In this document: one piece after another, positions 21,667-31,751 of the stretch
Layout of the letters: every line of letters starts with the position of its first letter
Position numbering within the stretch: position 1 is the first letter of the stretch
NCBI GenBank assembly: GCA_963835575.1
Contig: CAWIGG010000002.1
Span: 1,568,001 to 1,632,000, forward strand
Source of the DNA: an uncultured Spirochaetota bacterium
GTDB lineage: Bacteria > Spirochaetota > Brevinematia > Brevinematales > JAOACQ01
Direction: 5' to 3'
DNA: 64,000 bases
Notes under the pieces: generated by a model
Databases searched by the model: none
What the model was told of the DNA's origin: nothing
What the model saw: only the letters and a program-made list of their open reading frames with translations
Translations under genes and position numbers: made by a program

Positions 21667-21698
21667 CGCAGGCCGGGGAAACCCGGCCTGCGCTTTTT
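21667..21698 (+). terminator. intrinsic terminator
   Basis: CGCAGGCCGGG-GAAA-CCCGGCCTGCG followed by a T run. Confidence 0.85.
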
Positions 21699-21749
21699 AT
21701 GAATTAATACCAATGATATTAAATATCCGTTTTTATCATCATTATTTAA

Positions 21750-21953
21750 GGGCAGTTCCAAATACTTAAAATAAATCAGATATTTCCAACATAGGTTTTG
21801 GAACTGCCCCGGTTATAGGATCTCTTGCAAATTTAATTGGCGCTACCGTATAGAGTTCGCTGGTTGATGATCTTTTCAGACAGCGAACTCGGGCGGTAGC
21901 ATGAACTCATATAATAGCGGCAGTTCTAAATATTTGAGTTTTTAGAACTGTCC
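21750..21953. mobile_element. 204 bp MITE, copy 1 (IS5-like ends)
   Basis: Ends GGGCAGTTCC.../...GAACTGTCC, flanked by TTAA on both sides; near-identical inverted copy at 25569-25772. Confidence 0.85.
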
Positions 21954-22077
21954 TTAAGATGGTTTTAATTCGATTCTTTTCTGCCGTAATTTTAATCTGC
22001 TAAAGCTCTTGCGGACCAATGGGCCGGAACACTATTGTATTTTGTATTACAAGCATAAAATAAAAAAGGAGAATTTT

Positions 22078-23058
22078 ATGAAAAAGAACTGGATTGTTTC
22101 CGGAATACTGATCACTTTAAATGTTTTGATCGCGTCTTGTTCTGCATCACCAGGTTCATATGGAGGAGGGTCCTCCGGTTCATTTTCATCAGATTATGTT
22201 TCCGCTATGATACTTGTTCCCGCCGGAACTTTTCAGTATGACGGTACGCCAGGCGATACCAATAGGATATCATCGTCCTTCCATATCAGCGAATACGACA
22301 TCACCCGCGCTGAATTTTCTAATGTGATGGGGTTTGATCCCAGCGATACCAATTTTTCTACTGGAAAAGATGATCCGGTTCAGATGGTTAACTGGTATCA
22401 GGCCCTTGTATTCTGCAACAAACTGAGTATGTATGAAGGCCTGGCACCTGTGTACACCATCGGCGGCAGTACTGATCCAGCCGTATGGGGAGTTGTTCCA
22501 ACAAGCGACAATGCGGTCTGGGATGCGGTTACCGCAAACTGGTCCGCCGGCGGCTATCGCCTGCCGACAGATATGGAATGGATGTGGGCGGCTATGGGCG
22601 CCGATACGGCGAATCCAGGACAGATTAACACCACAGGCTGCCTCAAGATCTTTGCGGGCAGCACAGGGTCTAATAACGTTGATAACTATGCCTGGACTAC
22701 TGATAACAGCAGCAATACAACCCATCCTGTAGGATCAAAACTGCCTAACGAGCTTGGCCTGTACGACATGAGCGGAAACGTGTGGCAGTGGTGCTGGGAC
22801 TGGTATGCATCGTATCCCGGCGGAGCGTTGACTGACTATAAAGGAGCGGCTTCGAGCGCACTCCGCGTCCTTCATGGCAGCTGTTTGGCCGGCCCTGCGT
22901 CCGACGCTGCGATTGTGAAGCGCGGCAACGTCCAGCCGTCTTTCCAGAACCTGATTGCCGGTTTTCGGGTCGTTCGTCATGAGTTCTGCGGCATGCTCAA
23001 AACCGGCCTGCTTCCCGCGGCACAAGCCGCGAATAATCAAACCGGCACACGACCGTAA
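22078..23058 (+). CDS. FGE-sulfatase (SUMF1/CLec-fold) domain lipoprotein
   Basis: LIASC lipobox; PVQMVNWY, GYRLPT, PNELGLYDMSGNVWQWCWD and GFRVVR motifs; RBS AGGAG before ATG 22078. Confidence 0.88.
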   Translation: MKKNWIVSGILITLNVLIASCSASPGSYGGGSSGSFSSDYVSAMILVPAGTFQYDGTPGDTNRISSSFHISEYDITRAEFSNVMGFDPSDTNFSTGKDDPVQMVNWYQALVFCNKLSMYEGLAPVYTIGGSTDPAVWGVVPTSDNAVWDAVTANWSAGGYRLPTDMEWMWAAMGADTANPGQINTTGCLKIFAGSTGSNNVDNYAWTTDNSSNTTHPVGSKLPNELGLYDMSGNVWQWCWDWYASYPGGALTDYKGAASSALRVLHGSCLAGPASDAAIVKRGNVQPSFQNLIAGFRVVRHEFCGMLKTGLLPAAQAANNQTGTRP

Positions 23059-23098
23059 CTATTAGAAGAGTTAAGAAGACAAATAAGAGGCATTATTT

Positions 23099-25426
23099 AT
23101 GAATATACCAAAACTTATTTTTCGTTTATTACTGGGGCGCCGTCTTCCGATCACGGCCGGGACACTGGAAGTTCCCGGCATCAAGGCGCCGGTGTCGATC
23201 CGGCGAGACCGGTACGGCATAGCCTACATTGAAGCGCAAAACGACCGGGATGCCTGGTACGGCCTCGGGTTCTGCCATGGTCAGGACCGCGCCTTTCAAC
23301 TGGAAGGCCTGATCCGGATCGTCCATGGCACCATGTCGGAATTAGCAGGGCCTGACACGCTGCCCATAGACCGCCTTTCAAGGCGGATCGGCTTCGCTCA
23401 TTCCGCGCGTCAGCAATGGGAAATACTGGATAACGAAATCCGGGTGATGCTAAATGCTTACGCGCAGGGTGTAAACAGCGGCAGCAGGGCAGGATGTTCT
23501 AAAACCGCGCATGAATTTTCCCTGCTGGGAATAAAACCTGCTCCTTACAGCGGCGCCGATGTTCTGGGAGTGCTCAAGCTCATGTCGTTCAATCTTGCGT
23601 CCAACTGGGATATAGAACTTGCCCGCTTAAAAGTCCTTATAGAGGACGGTCCCTATGCTTTGAAAGCGATTGACCCGGTATATCCTGAACGGCAGGCTGT
23701 CGCTTTTCCTCAAAAAGTTCCCGCCGGTAAAGCTATGGACAGGCTCGCTGAAGATCTGGCAATATTTACAGCCGCGGCCGGCTACGGAGGAGGTTCTAAT
23801 AATTGGGTCATCGCCCCTTCCCGGACAGTCACAGGACGCCCCATCTTAGCCAATGATCCTCATCTCTCTCCTTCTCTTCCTTCAAATTGGTATCTGGTTA
23901 ATATACAAACGCCGGAGTGGAAATTGGCAGGGGCATCCTTCGTCGGCGCTCCATGCATTCCTTCGGGTTTCAACGGTACCGGCGCATGGGGAATGACATC
24001 CGGCCTGGTGGACAATACCGATCTTTTCATAGAAGAAATCGGTCCCGACGGTCAAAGCGTCCGGCAAGGCGATCAATTTGTTCCCTGTGATATAAGGAAG
24101 GAAATCATCCATATCAAGGGTAAAAAACCTATCGAGGAAAAGGTTCTTGTGACTCCCCGGGGGCCCATTATCAGCCCGGCCCTTGAGGGGGATTTCGGCG
24201 CGATATCAATGCGGGCCGTGTGGCTGGACGCGCGGCCGTTAAAAGGTTTTTTTCAAATGCATCGCGTCCGTTCCTTTGAGGAATTCAGGCAGGCTTTTAA
24301 AGAATGGCCGGCGGCTTCTTTTAATATGGTTTATGCGGATACCTCCGGCGCGATCGGATGGCAATTGGTGGGGGAAGCGCCTCAGCGGAAAAAAGGATAC
24401 GGCACTATTCCCCTGCCAGGAAGCGATCCGGATGTTGGATGGAAGAATGAAACCGTTCCTTTTGAATTAATGCCGTACTTATACAACCCGGAAGCAGGGT
24501 TTATCGCGACAGCCAATAATAAACCGGCTCTTACAAAAGAAAAGCCTTTCCTGGGTGTTGACTGGGTGGACAGCTACCGGGCAGACCGCATTAAGGAGGT
24601 AATTAAAACCCGGAAAAACTGGGATCAATCCGGAACACAGGAGCTTCAAATGGACCAGGAGTCCATACCCTGGCGTGAGCTAAGGGATATAGTTTTGGCT
24701 GTAAACGCAGATACTGATGAGGCGCGTCAGGCCCTCGATTTTTTAAAAGCCTGGAATGGCATGGTAGCAGCGGATTCGCCGGCCGCCGCCGTTTACGAAT
24801 TATTTACTTCCGACATGATGCGGCGTATAGTTGAAGCTAAAGCTCCCCGCACTGCCGGATGGGCTCTCGGCAAAGGCTTCACCCTTTTATCACCGCATTC
24901 CGTGCTGGCCATACGGCGCTTCGGTCACATGGTGCGGCTCATCCGGAATCAGCCGGAAGGCTGGTTTAAGATATCCTGGGCGAAGGAAATGGCTGATGCC
25001 CTGGGAACCGCGGTAAAAACGCTCCGAAAGCGGTGTGGAAATAATACAAATAATTGGGCCTGGGGCAGTGTCCGTCCGCTGACCATACCCCATCCATTCG
25101 GCGGAAAAGCCCCGCTCGATAAAATTTTCAATCTGGGACCATTTGCCTGGGGAGGCGACACGTCGACAGTCGGACAGGCGGCGGTCGACCTGCTTGATCC
25201 GGCAGCCAACACCATCTTTATGGCATCGCTCAGGATGGTACTGGATGTCGGGAATTGGGATGAAAACCGCTTTTCCATACCGGGCGGACAATCCGGGAAC
25301 CCGCTTTCTATACACTACAGTGATCTTCTTCCTTTCTGGCAAAAAGGCGAAGGCGTGCACATTGCATGGTCAAAAGAAAAGATTGAACAGGAGGCGCAAT
25401 CTAAGCTAAAACTAATAAACAAATAG
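23099..25426 (+). CDS. penicillin acylase family (Ntn-hydrolase, S45) protein
   Basis: RRDRYGIAYI, HGQDRAFQLE, G-SNNW processing site, LANDPHL, ATANN and PGGQSGNP motifs. Confidence 0.92.
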   Translation: MNIPKLIFRLLLGRRLPITAGTLEVPGIKAPVSIRRDRYGIAYIEAQNDRDAWYGLGFCHGQDRAFQLEGLIRIVHGTMSELAGPDTLPIDRLSRRIGFAHSARQQWEILDNEIRVMLNAYAQGVNSGSRAGCSKTAHEFSLLGIKPAPYSGADVLGVLKLMSFNLASNWDIELARLKVLIEDGPYALKAIDPVYPERQAVAFPQKVPAGKAMDRLAEDLAIFTAAAGYGGGSNNWVIAPSRTVTGRPILANDPHLSPSLPSNWYLVNIQTPEWKLAGASFVGAPCIPSGFNGTGAWGMTSGLVDNTDLFIEEIGPDGQSVRQGDQFVPCDIRKEIIHIKGKKPIEEKVLVTPRGPIISPALEGDFGAISMRAVWLDARPLKGFFQMHRVRSFEEFRQAFKEWPAASFNMVYADTSGAIGWQLVGEAPQRKKGYGTIPLPGSDPDVGWKNETVPFELMPYLYNPEAGFIATANNKPALTKEKPFLGVDWVDSYRADRIKEVIKTRKNWDQSGTQELQMDQESIPWRELRDIVLAVNADTDEARQALDFLKAWNGMVAADSPAAAVYELFTSDMMRRIVEAKAPRTAGWALGKGFTLLSPHSVLAIRRFGHMVRLIRNQPEGWFKISWAKEMADALGTAVKTLRKRCGNNTNNWAWGSVRPLTIPHPFGGKAPLDKIFNLGPFAWGGDTSTVGQAAVDLLDPAANTIFMASLRMVLDVGNWDENRFSIPGGQSGNPLSIHYSDLLPFWQKGEGVHIAWSKEKIEQEAQSKLKLINK

Positions 25427-25568
25427 GTGGGCATAATAATTAATTTTTGATTCTTGTTGATATTTCCATTTCTTCATTTTAATTATCTAATTCATAAATA
25501 TAAGTAATTCCTGCCGATGTTAATTTCTTTGTCAAAGAAAAGCAAAATATTCTAAAATTATAGATTAT

Positions 25569-25772
25569 GGGCAGTTCTAAAAACTCAAATATTTAGAACT
25601 GCCGCTATTATATGAGTTCATGCTACCGCCCGAGTTCGCTGTCTGAAAAGATCATCAACCAGCGAACTCTATACGGTAGCGGCAATTAAATTTACAAGAG
25701 ATTCTACAACCGGGGCAGTTCCAAAACCTATGTTGGAAATATCTGATTTATTTTAAGTATTTGGAACTGCCC
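25569..25772. mobile_element. 204 bp MITE, copy 2 (inverted relative to copy 1)
   Basis: Reverse complement of 21750-21953 with a few substitutions; flanked by TTAT on both sides. Confidence 0.85.
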
Positions 25773-25805
25773 TTATTATTAATTATTTATGATAGATCAG
25801 CCTTT

Positions 25806-26795
25806 TTATTGATAAAAGACCTTGAGCGCTTCAAACCGCGATCTGACCAATCCGTTTAGAAAGGGTTCGTAAGTAAAAACCGTTTTGCCGTCCTTCATGA
25901 CAATGATGCGGTAAGGCTGTTTTAATACCTGGGTTAGATGATAGAAAAGCTCTGTTTCGGCAAGATCCTCAATCCAGTATCTGCTTCCATATAATGAGAC
26001 AAACGGCGTTCCGGACAATTCCTGATAGAGTTCAGGCGCATTGGACATTTTGATTTTCGGACCACCATGAAAGCCGTAAAACGTGATCATTTTTCTCATT
26101 GTAAAATCATAAGCCGGTATGGGGAGATTATTGCTCAGCCAGATGTTCACTATAAACGGTGTTTCCCGCGGTTTTTCTTTTCTGATCTTGAATATGATAT
26201 CTTCAACAAAAGGACAGATGTTTTCGACATAATCCGCGCAATGCGTCGATTCATGGAGCAGAATCCCGAACATACCGCTGTATTCTTTTCCGGCATCGAT
26301 CTGCAGGCTCCAATTGCTGCCGGCAGTCAGAAAGCATGTGTTTTCCTTATATGTCAGCCACTGGCTCAGGCTCATTTTCAGAACAAACGGATTAAAATAG
26401 AGGGTGCAGTATACATTATTTTTATCATCCATAAGCCAGTCAGCCATTCCGCTCCCCAGTAAATTGCTGACAAAATAGATGCCGGCAACCTTTTCCATTA
26501 TGATCTTCTTATTGAGCGGTGGAAGCTCTAAAAAAGCGTTTTGAATAAGCTCAAGCTCTTTTTCTTCAGGATAATAAGGTAGGTAGCTCCTGTTGCTGGC
26601 CAGGGCTTTAAGATATTTCAACACAAAACCCGGCGCCTTTTTGATCCTTGAAATAAAAGGAGCGCCGCTGTCGAAAGAATAACTCGAAAGACGCCTGATG
26701 GAGCTGTTCTTTACCTCATCAATTGAATTGGTCCCCATCAGCGGGCAATACAGAAATATGAAAATGGGGATTAAAAAAAGTTTTTTTAATACCAT
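25806..26795 (-). CDS. secreted protein, putative zinc metallopeptidase
   Basis: Signal-peptide-like N-terminus; LLHESTH (HExxH) and downstream YGS...EDLAE. Confidence 0.55.
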   Translation of the reverse strand: MVLKKLFLIPIFIFLYCPLMGTNSIDEVKNSSIRRLSSYSFDSGAPFISRIKKAPGFVLKYLKALASNRSYLPYYPEEKELELIQNAFLELPPLNKKIIMEKVAGIYFVSNLLGSGMADWLMDDKNNVYCTLYFNPFVLKMSLSQWLTYKENTCFLTAGSNWSLQIDAGKEYSGMFGILLHESTHCADYVENICPFVEDIIFKIRKEKPRETPFIVNIWLSNNLPIPAYDFTMRKMITFYGFHGGPKIKMSNAPELYQELSGTPFVSLYGSRYWIEDLAETELFYHLTQVLKQPYRIIVMKDGKTVFTYEPFLNGLVRSRFEALKVFYQ

Positions 26796-26956
26796 CGTTT
26801 ATCAACATCCAAATATATAATGTTTTTATTATATCATATCCATACTATGCATGAAAGTTTTATCGAATTTTTATAGTGAATTTTATAATGTCAATAAATA
26901 ACCTCTTTTCAGGCAATCAATTGTTTCTTTAATTGCCGAATAGTTTGAAATAAATC

Positions 26957-26984
26957 TTAATTTTGCATACAATAATATCGATAA
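26957..26984 (+). promoter_or_regulatory. putative sigma28-type promoter of MCP 1
   Basis: TTAA-N16-ATCGATAA; same motif and spacing at 29359-29386. Confidence 0.5.
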
Positions 26985-27048
26985 ATAGATAATACATACA
27001 TTGAATTGCTTATAGGCGCTCTGTATTTCAGCTTTTGGAGGACAGCAA

Positions 27049-29334
27049 ATGCGTATAATAAAAAAGAGAGGTATGGCGTCTTCTTTTTTTATTAATATCA
27101 TCATTTTACTTTTTTTCATCATGCCGGGCTGCTTCGGTGAAATGATACTCAAAAGCCCTGATGAAAAATTACCGCTGAAAAATTTTTTTATCCTGGAAAG
27201 CGAATATCATCCGGGCTGGCTGATAACAACTGAATTATCATCCGCATTTATTCCCTATAATTACAGCATTCTTCCGGTCAATTTAAAAACCTCAAAACGG
27301 ATGTATACATTCCGGGGAAGTTTTTACCTCAATTTATCTCTGTCCGGTTCCATACTCTCGCTCTATTTAGGTCCGTCCGGCTATCCTTATGACGTTTATC
27401 TGAACGGGAAAAAGATCCTCAGCAGAGGGAACCATATCGGGATATATCAACCCACATCTTATGAGACCCTTTCTATTCAATTAAATAATGAACAGCTTAG
27501 ATACGGGAACACCCCGAATGAAATCGCCGTTCAGGCCTTTCCATTTGATGAAAGGGACCCATTTGAAGCGCCTGTTCTATCTTCTGAAAATAATACGGCA
27601 CGTATGGCTTTTATCAGAAATATTTTTAATGTCCATTTTATCCAAGCTTCTTTTATTATAGGCATCCTGATAGGTCTTTATTTCCTCTTTCACTTTTCAG
27701 CAAGACGCTTCAAAGACAGGCATTATCTCTATTTTGCCCTGATGTGCTTCTTTTTCAGCTTCAGCTATTTCAATATTTCCTTTAATTATAATTTAGTGGA
27801 CGAGGTATTTCTGGAAAAAATATCCCGCTGTTCTTTCCCGCTGGCCACTCTTTTTCTGACTTTGTTCATCAGGGAGTTTACAAAGCTTGCCAAAAAATTC
27901 TGGGTTTTCGGCATCATTACCATACCCTCATTCATTACCGCCATATACCCGTTTTTTCAGAATACAAAAAGCGCTATTGATAATTTTTTCAATCAAACTG
28001 TGACAAATTTCATCATTACTCCTCTTCTGCTTTTCAGTATTATCATGCTGATTATTTCTTATGTCAAAACACGTAAAAAAGAATACCTGATCATAATGGC
28101 GGCCTTCTTTTTCAATATAGGCGCAAGTCTTCATGATATTTATTATGTAAATATACATAACAGTCCTTTCTGCTGGCTGGTGCCTTACAGCTACATGATG
28201 CTGGTTATCAGTATTTTCATCGTACTCGCCATTGAGGAATCCTCCATCTATACCGAATCGCTTAAAAGCGCGGATGAAATCAGCCATAAGAACAAATCGA
28301 TGAAGGAAATCCTGCAGAAAATAGAGCTTGTCTCCGGCAATCTTGTCCATTCCAGCCGGAACCTGGAAGACAACATCGGCACCGCCATTTCCGTCATTAT
28401 GAATTCCAGCAAAAACAACAAGGCAATCTCCGGCCAGCTCATTTCACAGCTCCAGGAAATCGAAAAAGTCACCTCCCAGATCGCCTTGCGCATGGAAACC
28501 GCCGTGGATAAAATCCCGAAAGCCATTTCCAACCAGACGGCCGTCGTCGAGGAGACAAACCGCACCGTCACAAGCATGAATACCCATATTGATAAAATCC
28601 AGCAATCGACCATACAGACCAATGATATAGCCCAGGAACTCTCCCGCATCGCCACCGACAGCAAGGACATCGTTCTCAAATCAAAAAACTCGATCAGCCA
28701 GGTGGCGGAAAACTCGAAGTTTATCAGCGAGGTCCTGCAGAACATACAGGAAATCGTCGAGGAAAGCAATTTCCTCTCCATCAACGCATCCATAGAATCG
28801 GCGCATGCCGGGGAAGCCGGCAAGGGATTCAGCATCCTGGCCAATGAGATCAGGGAGCTTGCCAATAAATCCAGGGAAAGGCTGGAAATGAGCCAGAGCC
28901 GTCTCAAGCAGATGATCTCCTTTATCAATGAAAGCCTTATGCTTTCCGAACAGGTCACGAACCAGCTCCTGACGATTATCGAGAACACGCAGAGCTCCGC
29001 CGCTATGATCAGCAATATCACGGCGCTGATGAACGAGCATAAAGCCGAATCGAACGCCATTCTGGAAGGATCGGGGATCCTGCTTAAGGATACGCTTTCG
29101 ATCAAGAATATGACGGATGATGACCAGAGGGAGAACGAGAAGCTGCAGAAAACATTGCTCAGTTTAAAGAAGTCTTTTGAGGATATGGCGAACCTGCTCC
29201 GGGGCCAGACTGAAAGCGAATCGGACATACGGGACGCCATAGACCATATCAAGGAAGTTCTTACTGAAAACCTGAAAACCATTGATATTTTAAAGGAAAC
29301 CGTTATGATAGCTGCGGATAATAAATCGGCTTGA
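27049..29334 (+). CDS. methyl-accepting chemotaxis protein with 7TM-DISM-type sensor, copy 1
   Basis: LSINASIESAHAGEAGKGFSILANEIRELA MCP signature; multiple TM segments; RBS GGAGG. Confidence 0.9.
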   Translation: MRIIKKRGMASSFFINIIILLFFIMPGCFGEMILKSPDEKLPLKNFFILESEYHPGWLITTELSSAFIPYNYSILPVNLKTSKRMYTFRGSFYLNLSLSGSILSLYLGPSGYPYDVYLNGKKILSRGNHIGIYQPTSYETLSIQLNNEQLRYGNTPNEIAVQAFPFDERDPFEAPVLSSENNTARMAFIRNIFNVHFIQASFIIGILIGLYFLFHFSARRFKDRHYLYFALMCFFFSFSYFNISFNYNLVDEVFLEKISRCSFPLATLFLTLFIREFTKLAKKFWVFGIITIPSFITAIYPFFQNTKSAIDNFFNQTVTNFIITPLLLFSIIMLIISYVKTRKKEYLIIMAAFFFNIGASLHDIYYVNIHNSPFCWLVPYSYMMLVISIFIVLAIEESSIYTESLKSADEISHKNKSMKEILQKIELVSGNLVHSSRNLEDNIGTAISVIMNSSKNNKAISGQLISQLQEIEKVTSQIALRMETAVDKIPKAISNQTAVVEETNRTVTSMNTHIDKIQQSTIQTNDIAQELSRIATDSKDIVLKSKNSISQVAENSKFISEVLQNIQEIVEESNFLSINASIESAHAGEAGKGFSILANEIRELANKSRERLEMSQSRLKQMISFINESLMLSEQVTNQLLTIIENTQSSAAMISNITALMNEHKAESNAILEGSGILLKDTLSIKNMTDDDQRENEKLQKTLLSLKKSFEDMANLLRGQTESESDIRDAIDHIKEVLTENLKTIDILKETVMIAADNKSA

Positions 29335-29341
29335 TGAATAT
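28165..29341 (+). repeat. 1177 bp direct repeat (identical to 30554-31730)
   Basis: Reads identically to 30554-31730 by eye (offset 2389). Confidence 0.9.
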
Positions 29342-29358
29342 CAGGGATATATTAGTTT

Positions 29359-29386
29359 TTAATTTTTAATACCCTAATATCGATAA
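29359..29386 (+). promoter_or_regulatory. putative sigma28-type promoter of MCP 2
   Basis: TTAA-N16-ATCGATAA. Confidence 0.5.
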
Positions 29387-29440
29387 ATAGATGACCTTAC
29401 TATCTCTTTGAGTAGAGGCGCTCTGTTGGAGGACAAGTTC

Positions 29441-31723
29441 ATGACTTTAATAAAAAGGACCAAAGCGTCTTCTTTTTTTATTAGTATCATTTTTCTGATT
29501 TTTATATTACCGGACTGTTTCGGCGAAATGATCCTCAAAAGCCCGGGTGAAAAATTGAATCTCACGAATTTTTTTATCCTGGAAAGCGAATATCATCCCG
29601 GATGGTATTTAACATCCGATCTATCATCCGTCGGTTTTAAACCCTACCTGTTCAATTCCCTGCCGGTAACTTTAAAAGGAATAAGAAGAATGTATACTTT
29701 CAGGGGAAATTTTTATATCGATCCCTCACTCCAGAATACTCCGTTTTCTCTCTATTTAGGACCATCCAGCTATCCTTATGATATATATCTTAATGGAAAG
29801 AAAATTCTCATCCGGGGCAACCCCGGCATTTTTTATCAATCCACCTTCTATGATACTATTGATATACAGATCAATGGTGAATTCCTGCATTACGGGAAAA
29901 TCCCTAATGAGATCGCAGTCCAGGCTTATACTATCGATGAAACCGCTCCTTTAGAAGCGCCGGTATTTTCCTCGGAAAAAATGATCGCGCGCATGGTATT
30001 CTTTAGAAACCTGTTTAATGTTTACTTCATACAGGCGTCATGCGTCATCGGCATCCTGATCGGGCTTTATTTTCTCTTTCACTTCGCCGCCAGGCGCTTC
30101 AAAGACAATCATTATCTCTATTTTGCCCTGATGTGCTTCTTTTTCAGCTTCAGCTATTTCAATAATGCGTTTACTTATATTTCCGCTGATGAGATTCTTT
30201 TTGAAAAGATATCATGTTTTTCCTTTCCCTTCACTGTTTTATTTCTGACTTTGTTCATCAGGGAGTTTACAAAGCTTGCCAAAAAATTCTGGATAATCAT
30301 TATATTATGTATTCCGCCGGTTTTAAGCGCCGTCTATATTCTCCAGCAGAAAACAAAATCCTCAATTGATTCTTTTTTTTATTCCATCATGACTAATTTT
30401 TATTTTACCCCATTGCTGCTGTTCTGTTTAATCCTGCTGATAATATCTTATATCAAAAAAAGGAAAAAAGAATATTTTATTATATTAGCGGGGTTTATAA
30501 TTAATATCGGCGCCAGTATCCACGATATGATTTTTGTCATGTCTTCCGCGACGCCTTTCTGCTGGCTGGTGCCTTACAGCTACATGATGCTGGTTATCAG
30601 TATTTTCATCGTACTCGCCATTGAGGAATCCTCCATCTATACCGAATCGCTTAAAAGCGCGGATGAAATCAGCCATAAGAACAAATCGATGAAGGAAATC
30701 CTGCAGAAAATAGAGCTTGTCTCCGGCAATCTTGTCCATTCCAGCCGGAACCTGGAAGACAACATCGGCACCGCCATTTCCGTCATTATGAATTCCAGCA
30801 AAAACAACAAGGCAATCTCCGGCCAGCTCATTTCACAGCTCCAGGAAATCGAAAAAGTCACCTCCCAGATCGCCTTGCGCATGGAAACCGCCGTGGATAA
30901 AATCCCGAAAGCCATTTCCAACCAGACGGCCGTCGTCGAGGAGACAAACCGCACCGTCACAAGCATGAATACCCATATTGATAAAATCCAGCAATCGACC
31001 ATACAGACCAATGATATAGCCCAGGAACTCTCCCGCATCGCCACCGACAGCAAGGACATCGTTCTCAAATCAAAAAACTCGATCAGCCAGGTGGCGGAAA
31101 ACTCGAAGTTTATCAGCGAGGTCCTGCAGAACATACAGGAAATCGTCGAGGAAAGCAATTTCCTCTCCATCAACGCATCCATAGAATCGGCGCATGCCGG
31201 GGAAGCCGGCAAGGGATTCAGCATCCTGGCCAATGAGATCAGGGAGCTTGCCAATAAATCCAGGGAAAGGCTGGAAATGAGCCAGAGCCGTCTCAAGCAG
31301 ATGATCTCCTTTATCAATGAAAGCCTTATGCTTTCCGAACAGGTCACGAACCAGCTCCTGACGATTATCGAGAACACGCAGAGCTCCGCCGCTATGATCA
31401 GCAATATCACGGCGCTGATGAACGAGCATAAAGCCGAATCGAACGCCATTCTGGAAGGATCGGGGATCCTGCTTAAGGATACGCTTTCGATCAAGAATAT
31501 GACGGATGATGACCAGAGGGAGAACGAGAAGCTGCAGAAAACATTGCTCAGTTTAAAGAAGTCTTTTGAGGATATGGCGAACCTGCTCCGGGGCCAGACT
31601 GAAAGCGAATCGGACATACGGGACGCCATAGACCATATCAAGGAAGTTCTTACTGAAAACCTGAAAACCATTGATATTTTAAAGGAAACCGTTATGATAG
31701 CTGCGGATAATAAATCGGCTTGA
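29441..31723 (+). CDS. methyl-accepting chemotaxis protein with 7TM-DISM-type sensor, copy 2
   Basis: Paralogue of 27049-29334; RBS GGAGG before ATG 29441. Confidence 0.9.
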   Translation: MTLIKRTKASSFFISIIFLIFILPDCFGEMILKSPGEKLNLTNFFILESEYHPGWYLTSDLSSVGFKPYLFNSLPVTLKGIRRMYTFRGNFYIDPSLQNTPFSLYLGPSSYPYDIYLNGKKILIRGNPGIFYQSTFYDTIDIQINGEFLHYGKIPNEIAVQAYTIDETAPLEAPVFSSEKMIARMVFFRNLFNVYFIQASCVIGILIGLYFLFHFAARRFKDNHYLYFALMCFFFSFSYFNNAFTYISADEILFEKISCFSFPFTVLFLTLFIREFTKLAKKFWIIIILCIPPVLSAVYILQQKTKSSIDSFFYSIMTNFYFTPLLLFCLILLIISYIKKRKKEYFIILAGFIINIGASIHDMIFVMSSATPFCWLVPYSYMMLVISIFIVLAIEESSIYTESLKSADEISHKNKSMKEILQKIELVSGNLVHSSRNLEDNIGTAISVIMNSSKNNKAISGQLISQLQEIEKVTSQIALRMETAVDKIPKAISNQTAVVEETNRTVTSMNTHIDKIQQSTIQTNDIAQELSRIATDSKDIVLKSKNSISQVAENSKFISEVLQNIQEIVEESNFLSINASIESAHAGEAGKGFSILANEIRELANKSRERLEMSQSRLKQMISFINESLMLSEQVTNQLLTIIENTQSSAAMISNITALMNEHKAESNAILEGSGILLKDTLSIKNMTDDDQRENEKLQKTLLSLKKSFEDMANLLRGQTESESDIRDAIDHIKEVLTENLKTIDILKETVMIAADNKSA

Positions 31724-31751
31724 TGAATATAAATTTAAAAAAGGGGCTATT

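Noticed and set aside
22860..22980. FGE/CLec-fold C-terminus as a diversity-generating retroelement target
   Set aside because: No reverse transcriptase or template repeat in the window, and several would-be variable codons (AAG, CAG, CTG) do not fit AAY-derived mutagenesis. A remote DGR cannot be excluded.
28248..31671. Two 344 aa minus-strand ORFs
   Set aside because: Antisense shadows of the duplicated MCP signalling domain, with no recognisable motifs.
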